The notes under the pieces were generated by a model, which made no database searches, had not been told where the DNA came from, and saw only the letters and a program-made list of their open reading frames with translations. Of a stretch of DNA of 64,000 nt, positions 19,592 through 26,747 are shown piece after piece; position 1 is the first letter of the stretch; every line of letters starts with the position of its first letter. Source of the stretch: a virus; IMG/VR virus record IMGVR_UViG_3300037141_000279, positions 1 through 64,000 of that record; one strand, 5' to 3'. The position numbers and the translations under genes were made by a program.

Positions 19592-19985
19592 CTCGGCTGT
19601 TTAGGCCGCCATCGCATACTGCCGTGCAGGAACCACGACAGCGCGCTTGGCGAACATCACAACCTGTGCGAGTTTGTTTTTCGCATTTATGGTTTGATCT
19701 AGTTTTACGTCGTTGTCAGGACGGCACGAGCCCTCGGCCACTTGTCTCAAAGAGCGAAACCCAGTTCAGGCCCACCGTACCGCACACTTGTTAGATTCCT
19801 CAGACCTTTGGTCAGAGAAAACATCTTTGATGTGCGGCAGGGTGGACCTGGGCAGATTCGAACTGCCGTATCTCTGAGAAGCCACCGATTATTGACGTGC
19901 GTAATTTAAGGTCGCCGTCCTATTCGCGTGTGACGCAGACATGTGTCCACAGTTATTGACGCGTGTTAACTGCACGACCAGCTTT
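19563..19985 (-). ncRNA. ssrA: Circularly permuted (two-piece) tmRNA: acceptor piece ending 19841, intervening segment 19840-19774, coding piece 19773-19563; 5' boundary of acceptor piece uncertain (up to ~20201)
   Basis: T-arm GGCAG-TTCGAAT-CTGCC plus CAGGTCC-A-CC precedes the 5' end GGGCCTG (7-bp acceptor stem with G3.U70). P2 helix TCTTTGAGA/TCTCAGAGA, AAGT/GCTT, GCCGA/TCGGT. Resume context ATAAAT-GCG; tag frame 19684-19601 ends QYAMAA*. Confidence 0.92.
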
Positions 19986-19990
19986 CGGGG

Positions 19991-20201
19991 CGAAACGGCC
20001 CCAAGAAGGTTCCCGTTTGTCAAGTTATTACCCAACGTGCGGGGATGCTTGACGAGGTGACGGGACCCTTCTTGGAACCATTTCGACCTCCACCATTGAT
20101 TCATCAGTCTTAAACCTGATGTTAGAGGGTCGCTGAAGCCCGAAGTATATGGACAGAGAATGCGCGCTTATCTGTTTGCAACTTCGGGCTTAGTCGAACC
20201 C
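19991..20201 (-). ncRNA. Structured RNA leader with three long hairpins upstream of the tmRNA acceptor piece
   Basis: AAGCCCGAAGT/ACTTCGGGCTT, CATCAG/CTGATG and CGAAATGGTTCCAAGAAGGGTCCCGT/ACGGGAACCTTCTTGGGGCCGTTTCG pairings. Confidence 0.6.
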
Positions 20202-20207
20202 ACAGAC

Positions 20208-20236
20208 AGTCTAACAGCGAGTACTATTCTTGTCAA
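20208..20236 (-). promoter_or_regulatory. Sigma70 promoter for the ncRNA/tmRNA transcript
   Basis: TTGACA-17-TAGACT; +1 near 20201, at the foot of the first hairpin. Confidence 0.75.
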
Positions 20237-20350
20237 GAGTTTTGTGCAACAATTTTTCGCACTTGACGTAGGTCAGCCCCTTTTCCCTTAACTCCCGCAT
20301 ACGCTGAGTCGTCATGATATCAGTCTACCCCAGGTAGACCTAGAAGTCTA

Positions 20351-20393
20351 GTACGAAAGTACTATTGCTTGTTTTTCAGGATTCACGTAGAAT
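20351..20393 (+). promoter_or_regulatory. GTAC-N4-GTAC box plus sigma70 promoter
   Basis: GTACGAAAGTAC-TA-TTGCTT-17-TAGAAT. Confidence 0.8.
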
Positions 20394-20415
20394 GGTTGAC
20401 ATGGATGCAACACAA

Positions 20416-20925
20416 ATGAAGATGACACTCGCAGTAATCGTACTGGCTCTACTCTCGGCAGTTGGTGCTTCGGCTCATAAAGACAAACCTGTAACTCCTT
20501 GCACCGCATATTTCATGGTGGTTGAACAGGATGCCGCCACGGTCAATCTCGCCTTGACTGGACTTAATGGCCCTCAAGCAGATTGGTACAACAAACAGAA
20601 AAACATGAGTATCTGTTTTCTCAGCGCGGATGCATCAGGCAGGGGCAGGCGAGTGGTCGCCGACAAAGATGATTCGACCTTCAATTCGTATGTAGACTCG
20701 AAGGTTGGTTCCACACCCCTTTACATCATCGTTTGGGCAAATCAGCTTCTCTATAACCGTGCGGGGAACGCGTATTATGATGCCAGCGGGACCCTAAACC
20801 TTTGGGACACTAAGAAGCAAGATTTCGTTCCCGTTGGTCCAATCCACAACACAAATGCAACTATCTTTACTTCTTCGTCAGCATCTCTTCTTAAGGCAGG
20901 GATTGCAGAAATAGCACACCAGTAG
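20416..20925 (+). CDS. Secreted hypothetical protein
   Basis: Signal peptide MKMTLAVIVLALLSAVGASA. Confidence 0.65.
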   Translation: MKMTLAVIVLALLSAVGASAHKDKPVTPCTAYFMVVEQDAATVNLALTGLNGPQADWYNKQKNMSICFLSADASGRGRRVVADKDDSTFNSYVDSKVGSTPLYIIVWANQLLYNRAGNAYYDASGTLNLWDTKKQDFVPVGPIHNTNATIFTSSSASLLKAGIAEIAHQ

Positions 20926-20975
20926 TGCTCCCGCCCTTGGCTCCGCTTAGGAGCCTGGGTCGAGGTGCATTAAAA

Positions 20976-21323
20976 ATGAAAATCCTAGTCGTAGACGATA
21001 ACGTCGACATGGCAGAAGCCCTCGCCATGAATCTGGAGTACGCAGGACACACCGTCATCACCGCCCACGACGGCGCGGAGGGTCTCTTCAAATTTCGGGA
21101 GTCCCAATTCTCTAACACTCCGTTTGACGCCGTCGTATCCGATTGGCAGATGCCGAAGATGGACGGTATCGAGATGATTCAACAGATACGCAGAATGGCT
21201 CCACTCGTCAAAGTGGTGCTCGTGAGTGGAGGCGGTCCGCACGTCCCCGAAAGCATCCCGTTTCTCGCCAAGCCGTTCGGACGAGCGGAGTTGCTGGCTG
21301 CCTTGGGGGTTGAATCCAAATGA
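20976..21323 (+). CDS. Stand-alone response regulator receiver (CheY-like)
   Basis: KILVVDD, SDWQMPKMDG (phospho-Asp), SG, LAKPF. Confidence 0.92.
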   Translation: MKILVVDDNVDMAEALAMNLEYAGHTVITAHDGAEGLFKFRESQFSNTPFDAVVSDWQMPKMDGIEMIQQIRRMAPLVKVVLVSGGGPHVPESIPFLAKPFGRAELLAALGVESK

Positions 21324-21511
21324 TCGCGCGAATCCTATCGCGCCTGTTCCCGCCTCGCCTCCCTAGCCCACTCAAGGGATGGGAGGGTCCGCGCGGATCG
21401 TGGTTCAACGAGCAAGGCAGCGCGGGACCTGTTCGCCCAGGTCCTTACCGCGACGCCCTTGAACGCTACGACGCAGAGAACCACTTGCTTGCGCAACCCG
21501 TCAGAAAAGAC

Positions 21512-21540
21512 TTGACACTCCAATAGTACTTTGGTACTAT
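21512..21540 (+). promoter_or_regulatory. Sigma70 promoter with a GTAC-N4-GTAC box overlapping the spacer and -10
   Basis: TTGACA-17-TACTAT with GTACTTTGGTAC at 21526-21537; ATG lies 6 nt after -10 (leaderless). Confidence 0.75.
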
Positions 21541-21546
21541 GCATGC

Positions 21547-21849
21547 ATGACCCCTACGGCGGCGTACAAACGCATCAACAAACTAATTTGGTACGGGAGG
21601 CTTCCCGTTGCCGTCATAAAAGTTGTTCCTGACGCCACAATTCCCACCTGCTATGGAATCACATTCCATGATGACCTTGTTGTCCGCCCTGTGATTCTGT
21701 TGAATGCAACAGTAAACCGATGGGGGAAGACTCTCATCCATGAAATGCTGCATGTCGCAGAACCTCGGCTTCAGCACGGCAAAATCTTCGAGGGCTTTGT
21801 CGAACGATATTGGAATATCGCAAGAAAAAAGATCAAGGGGTTGAAATGA
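21547..21849 (+). CDS. SprT-like zinc metallopeptidase
   Basis: TLIHEMLH...HGKIF. Confidence 0.75.
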   Translation: MTPTAAYKRINKLIWYGRLPVAVIKVVPDATIPTCYGITFHDDLVVRPVILLNATVNRWGKTLIHEMLHVAEPRLQHGKIFEGFVERYWNIARKKIKGLK

Positions 21850-22313
21850 AAACGAAGTGCCAGAAGAAGGGGTGCGAACAACCCCACAAGGCCCATGGGT
21901 TATGCAATCGCCATTCTCAGCAGAGATACCGAACACTGTACCCAGAACGCAACAAAGATATCCAACGAAAGTGGCGACAAAACAATATAGAACAGGCGTC
22001 CGTGCGAGACCACCATCACTACATTTTTTCTGGGATCCTCCCATCTTATGTGGGTTTGCCGTTTTGTCCTGCATGGAACCCAAGATGTGGCGGGTCTTTC
22101 CTCGCAGGGGCTCAATGGATTATTGAAAATTTGGGACGCCGACCTAACAACCGCCACCATTTGCACATCGTAGACCGTCACCTTGGTTTTGTACCAAACA
22201 ATTTGGTGTGGGTTCCAAAAGAAAAACACGTTCAAGAAGAAATGCTAAATCGTCTGCTGCTTGAAAACCAAAATTTACGCACTGAAAACGAAAGACTGAG
22301 GCTCACTCAATGA
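21846..22313 (+). CDS. HNH-like homing endonuclease
   Basis: N-terminal CxxxGC...GLCNRH; LGRRP...LHIVDRHLGFVPNNLVW. Confidence 0.7.
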   Translation: MKTKCQKKGCEQPHKAHGLCNRHSQQRYRTLYPERNKDIQRKWRQNNIEQASVRDHHHYIFSGILPSYVGLPFCPAWNPRCGGSFLAGAQWIIENLGRRPNNRHHLHIVDRHLGFVPNNLVWVPKEKHVQEEMLNRLLLENQNLRTENERLRLTQ

Positions 22314-23671
22314 TCGGCAAATCTTGCGGATGGCGCACAAGTTCAGGAAGTCTCGGTCGCAGGAGTTACGGACACGGTCGATTCTTCAAAACTCGCACGA
22401 AGGACGAGGGCAGCGGAGGCGTCTTGTCATACATGGACTATGTGTCTAATGCCGCCAGTTGGGAGGCGTTTCAGCGTCACGAAGTTGATCCGCTTCTATC
22501 CGCTGAAACCCTCCCTGAAATCGGAAGCTTAATTGATTTCAAAGAATTCGCCACAGACTATCCAGATCGGCTGTTTCCGCTGCTAAACCAACTACGTCCT
22601 GAATTTCAAGAACTCTTCATCGAGTACTGGCTTCTGGGCAAATCGCAATCCTTCATCGCTCAATGTCACGGCTTTATTCAAACGCGGACATGGCAGAACC
22701 TTCGAATCATCGAACAGGCAATTGGTGCTCTCATTCTGCTGGGTCCTCGACCCACTGAAGCTACGCTGCGAACTGCTCTCGTCACCATGAACCTGGAAAT
22801 AACCCCGTACGGCAGCCTTGCGCACCTGATTCAACTATATGCATCCACGCAGAGCTACTCCTTCGTCGCTAAATCTGTCGGTGCGCCTATCTCCGCAATC
22901 CGCAAAATCTTTCGTCCTGCCATTGCGTTTCTTCTTGCGGCCAAAAGTGTACAGGCCGTCGCTGTCGGGTCATATTTGCGAAGTTTAATCCATCAGGCAT
23001 CGCTCAAGGGTGTGGGACTCAGCAAGCGGTGCATCGCGCGGACGAGGCGCGTCAAGACCTTGCGATTCAGTGCGCCGCCCACGGACACTTCGCCGCTGAT
23101 CTCGTTCGGCGCGGTTGCATCCCTGCGCGACACTCCGTGGTGCATGCTGGAAATTTCGTCGGAGCATCGCATGACGCAGATCGCACCTGGGCTCAAGGTT
23201 CAAGGGAAGAAAATCTTCGGCAAGCTGCCCGCACAGATATTCGCGCCCGTCAATGCCGAGGGTGAACTGACCTTCGGATATATCTTTGCCCGATGCGCAT
23301 CCGTGTCGCGGGTGCGATCCCTGACTCGTGTGCGCGGTATATCGGAAATGTCGGCTGTCTACAATGACGAAGGTGTCTTCAAGCATGCGGTGACGGTGCC
23401 CCACTCCGATGTCCTGGTCATGATGGAAGACCACGTTGCGCCACCAGTTCCTGATCTACGAGTGCATGACTTTGTGGAAATTCTGACAGGTCCTGCGGCG
23501 CGGTACTGCGGCGCGGTCACAAAGGTGAGTAACGGCGGCGAGGCGATATCTGTAGAAGTAAGGTTCCCAACGGGGCGGCACTTCATTGTGAAGGCGGATG
23601 CCAGTTGCGTCAAATGGTTAGGAAAAGTTCCCGAGGCTCGGCGGTCATTCTGGGGAGTGCGAACCGCTTAG
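22310..23671 (+). CDS. Transcription factor: two sigma70 region-4-like HTHs fused to a NusG-family NGN+KOW module
   Basis: HTH1 LNQLRPEFQELFIEYWLLGKSQSFIAQCHG; HTH2 QSYSFVAKSVGAPISAIRKIFRPAIAFL; NGN PWCMLEI...FGYIFAR...TRVRGI...VPHSDV; KOW DFVEILTGPAARYCGAVTKV...ISVEV. Confidence 0.8.
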   Translation: MIGKSCGWRTSSGSLGRRSYGHGRFFKTRTKDEGSGGVLSYMDYVSNAASWEAFQRHEVDPLLSAETLPEIGSLIDFKEFATDYPDRLFPLLNQLRPEFQELFIEYWLLGKSQSFIAQCHGFIQTRTWQNLRIIEQAIGALILLGPRPTEATLRTALVTMNLEITPYGSLAHLIQLYASTQSYSFVAKSVGAPISAIRKIFRPAIAFLLAAKSVQAVAVGSYLRSLIHQASLKGVGLSKRCIARTRRVKTLRFSAPPTDTSPLISFGAVASLRDTPWCMLEISSEHRMTQIAPGLKVQGKKIFGKLPAQIFAPVNAEGELTFGYIFARCASVSRVRSLTRVRGISEMSAVYNDEGVFKHAVTVPHSDVLVMMEDHVAPPVPDLRVHDFVEILTGPAARYCGAVTKVSNGGEAISVEVRFPTGRHFIVKADASCVKWLGKVPEARRSFWGVRTA

Positions 23672-23940
23672 ACAGGTGCGCCGTATTTGCGCGCAATCGC
23701 TTGAATCGTGATCAGCGCAGGACCAATCGTGTAGTGCAAAATATTATGGACGCGATCCCACTTGGCTTGAGACTCGCGCGCAGCTTTAATCTCCGCTATG
23801 TCCGCCTGCAGGTTGCTGATGACCGATGACGGTCCATCAAAAAGACGGTTCTCCAATGACGTGACTTGCTGAGCGGTAGCGGTGCCGACAGACTTGATGT
23901 CGCTCAGTTCATTGATTACTAGCGTTTCAAACTCGGTCAT
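23668..23940 (-). CDS. Coiled-coil protein with a C-terminal TM helix (holin/XhlA-like)
   Basis: From MTEFETL; coiled coil followed by a hydrophobic tail. Confidence 0.5.
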   Translation of the reverse strand: MTEFETLVINELSDIKSVGTATAQQVTSLENRLFDGPSSVISNLQADIAEIKAARESQAKWDRVHNILHYTIGPALITIQAIARKYGAPV

Positions 23941-23947
23941 AAATCCT

Positions 23948-24427
23948 CTAGGAACAACGGATATGCTGATAAAAATCCGCAATTTTTCGTAGTTCTTCTG
24001 CGGTTGCGTCACTTTTCAGTTCGTTAGCCCGCCAACTTACCACAATGACGTTTCCTCGCACATAACCCAAAGCGGGAATAATGCGGTCAAGAGATGGAGA
24101 CGCGTCGCTCTTGCCCGAGACTGACACAACCAATTTCAAACCAAGGACAGGACAAAACTCGGGAATCTGAATGTCATCCACACAGAGGTTGAAAGGAACA
24201 CCCTTTCGTTTTGCATTGCATTTTGCCCGAATTAAAAGGCGTCTCTCTGGGTTTGCCAACCCGTACGCCTTGCTGCGAGCCAAACTATACTCCCGATTTT
24301 CCCGATACTGCTTTTTTCCCGCAGTTAACACTTCTTCCTTGTGGTCCTGATACCGCTGTTTTCCACGAGCCGCATGTTCGTCTCGATGCTGTGAATACCA
24401 ATTCCGCTGATACTCTGGGGATGCCAT
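23948..24427 (-). CDS. HNH homing endonuclease
   Basis: IPEFCPVLG...SPSLDRIIPALGYVRGNVIVVSWRANELK. Confidence 0.88.
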   Translation of the reverse strand: MASPEYQRNWYSQHRDEHAARGKQRYQDHKEEVLTAGKKQYRENREYSLARSKAYGLANPERRLLIRAKCNAKRKGVPFNLCVDDIQIPEFCPVLGLKLVVSVSGKSDASPSLDRIIPALGYVRGNVIVVSWRANELKSDATAEELRKIADFYQHIRCS

Positions 24428-24430
24428 ATA

Positions 24431-24628
24431 TCACCCTGCTCCTATGCACATTTCGTGCAGGAAAAGTATATCAGATTCTGTCAGGAGCCACAAGTTCGGA
24501 TTATAGAGCGCCCCTTTGTGCCACGAATCAGCACAGAGACACGGATGAGTTGCCCCAGGACCAAACAGCGCGCCGTGAATGTCCTCATATTTCGAGAGGC
24601 AGACAGGGCAAATAGGCGACCTCTCCAT
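24431..24628 (-). CDS. Small Cys-rich protein
   Basis: CPVC, CLC..SWH; lies behind the late motif. Confidence 0.5.
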   Translation of the reverse strand: MERSPICPVCLSKYEDIHGALFGPGATHPCLCADSWHKGALYNPNLWLLTESDILFLHEMCIGAG

Positions 24629-24641
24629 AAAACAAGCCTCT

Positions 24642-24660
24642 ACTCATGGGATAAAAAGTC
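24642..24660 (-). promoter_or_regulatory. Putative late promoter GACT-N8-CATGAGT
   Basis: GACTTTTTATCCCATGAGT. Confidence 0.6.
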
Positions 24661-24682
24661 TTATTTCGTACCCCTCAAATCA

Positions 24683-24725
24683 GTACTTTGGTACTATTGC
24701 GCTTCCGATGGGCTCTGCGTAGAAT
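24683..24725 (+). promoter_or_regulatory. GTAC-N4-GTAC box plus sigma70 promoter
   Basis: GTACTTTGGTAC-TA-TTGCGC-17-TAGAAT. Confidence 0.8.
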
Positions 24726-24749
24726 GATTGACATGGAGGCAACACGACA

Positions 24750-24947
24750 ATGATGGCAGCAAATTATAAGACCAAGAAAGACTTGAAAGCCGCCGTTGGC
24801 CAGCGGCTACGGTATGAAGAAACTTCATTCTTCGGACCCGAGTACAGAGCGGATGGGTCGTTCTGTGTCGTCGGACCGTCACCCACACAACGCAAGTGGT
24901 TCGCGTCGGTCACCATGGTCAACGGACTCATTTCCAAAGTCAGCTAG
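24750..24947 (+). CDS. Small phage hypothetical protein
   Basis: GGAGG SD; YKTKKDLKAAVGQRLRYEETSFFGPEY. Confidence 0.7.
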   Translation: MMAANYKTKKDLKAAVGQRLRYEETSFFGPEYRADGSFCVVGPSPTQRKWFASVTMVNGLISKVS

Positions 24948-25236
24948 GATTGGATTCAAAAATCGCAACACCCGAGGAGAACACAGTGAAAAATATCAAA
25001 TTGACCTTGTCAACCACAGAGCGGCTATTGCTTGTCGCTGCGTTGATGAACTACGCAGGCAGCGACACCGATCACGACGCTTTTAGGGATAACACCGATC
25101 TCGCCGCCAAAATCATAGTCGGCGATCCAGCCGACGACGGACCCGAAGTCTCCATTCTCAACGTGAAGAAAAACACATGGGAATAATTCTGCTGTTAGTC
25201 ACCATATTCTTGGGCGTAAGGGCAGTGATGGAGTAC

Positions 25237-26745
25237 TTACTTCCCTAGTTCGTAGGCAGTTCCCGCCGCCGTTGTGAGTGCGGCGGGGGCGACATATTTG
25301 GCAACCGTTTTGTTGCGCGCCACATTGCGGGCCGCCTTCTGGGCTGCTGCGGAATGACCAATCAGGTCTTCTGCGCCGTCATCACCCACGGCTTGTTGCA
25401 GGCGTCCTTTGTTGTAGATTTTGTTCAGGCGATTCATCAAGGATTTTGAATTCACTTCTTCAGGGACATCTGTTGCGCCCTGCATACCTGGGCGCACTCC
25501 TGTCGTGCTCATGCGAATTTGATGATTGGTATCATAGATGGCTTGGGCTTGTTTGAAATCTCCCTTGGCTGCAGCCACTGTCTCCTTCGGTACACCTTTG
25601 GCTTCAGCTTCGTCCATTATTTGGTTCATCTGCATTTCCAAACGAGTCTTACGGACAAGTAATGCCTGCTCTTCGGCATCGCTCGTCACCGACCGCAAAT
25701 CCAAATTCACCGATTTGAGCGCCTGCTCCGTTCCAGAAAAACGATTGTCCGTCGCATCATCAACCAGTTTATATCTCCCTTTGGAACGGGCATAAATAGA
25801 ATCGCCGACCTCTTGGCCCATGTCTTGAACGGACGCAGCCGTTGGTTTTGCAACGCCTGCTTTATCCGCAACCTGATTCCACACATCTTGAATGCCTGAT
25901 TTCAATGCGGGCTGAATATCTGAGCCTGTAAATTTGCTCGTGACTGCGGTCACCGCTTTACGGAACGGGTTAGGCGGGAGGACATCAGCAACTTTACCAG
26001 CGGTTTTGCCAGCGACTTCTCCAACTGGTTTGGCTATCGCTTCGGTGGTCTTGCCAACCCAGCTTGGCTTCGGCGCAGTCTCCCCTGTCAATTTTGCATT
26101 GAGACGTTCCAGTGCGATGATGCTACCCATGTCGGTCAGAGCACCGATGTGGTCGCCACTCTCCCAGCGATCCGCGATGGAATTCACAACAGAACCGAGA
26201 ACAGGCACATGTGCCAGGATTTTATCAACGGCACCTGACATGGACATTCCGACACCTGCCCACTTGTGCTGGTTGTCGTATAAATCTTTCGCGGCGGCGA
26301 GTTCGTTGTCGCCTTTTGCATTCAGTTGATCAGCAGGCGCATCGAGCAAACGATGATAGGCCAGCGTTGCGGTTGACGGGTGCGCCGCTATGGACGAGTC
26401 CATGTGGTTCGGGTCCTTCGGATCAAGCGTGCCTCGGGAGATATTGTAATCGGCAATCTTTTTCGATATCTGGGCTTGTTCTTCCGGTGTGACTGAGTCT
26501 TTGAACGCATGGTACATGGATGAAACAGCCCCGACGGTGTCGCGCTTCGCGGCGGCAAGGAAGCCTGTGTCAGATGCGGGTGCCGCAGGCGGCACAGTAC
26601 CACTAACGAGCGTGGCACCAGGAGGTAATCCTGCTGCCGTAGATGGTTGCGCAGCCGATGTATCAGCCGCTGCTGCGTCCGCTGGTTGCGAAGGCAATGC
26701 GCCGCTGACCAACGTTGCGCCAGGAGGTAGACCGTTGTTAGCCAT
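25237..26745 (-). CDS. Putative internal virion (DNA ejection) protein
   Basis: 502 aa, Ala-rich and helical, LPPGATLVSG x2; last gene of the virion block. Confidence 0.6.
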   Translation of the reverse strand: MANNGLPPGATLVSGALPSQPADAAAADTSAAQPSTAAGLPPGATLVSGTVPPAAPASDTGFLAAAKRDTVGAVSSMYHAFKDSVTPEEQAQISKKIADYNISRGTLDPKDPNHMDSSIAAHPSTATLAYHRLLDAPADQLNAKGDNELAAAKDLYDNQHKWAGVGMSMSGAVDKILAHVPVLGSVVNSIADRWESGDHIGALTDMGSIIALERLNAKLTGETAPKPSWVGKTTEAIAKPVGEVAGKTAGKVADVLPPNPFRKAVTAVTSKFTGSDIQPALKSGIQDVWNQVADKAGVAKPTAASVQDMGQEVGDSIYARSKGRYKLVDDATDNRFSGTEQALKSVNLDLRSVTSDAEEQALLVRKTRLEMQMNQIMDEAEAKGVPKETVAAAKGDFKQAQAIYDTNHQIRMSTTGVRPGMQGATDVPEEVNSKSLMNRLNKIYNKGRLQQAVGDDGAEDLIGHSAAAQKAARNVARNKTVAKYVAPAALTTAAGTAYELGK

Positions 26746-26747
26746 AA

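Noticed and set aside
19841-19870. T-arm at 19851-19867 as an ordinary tRNA or attP fragment
   Set aside because: There is no D-arm or anticodon arm upstream; the pairing partner lies downstream, and a tag frame is present, as expected for a permuted tmRNA.
19579-20104. ORFs 19579-19794 (+) and 19889-20104 (-)
   Set aside because: They overlap the structured RNA and show no protein motifs.
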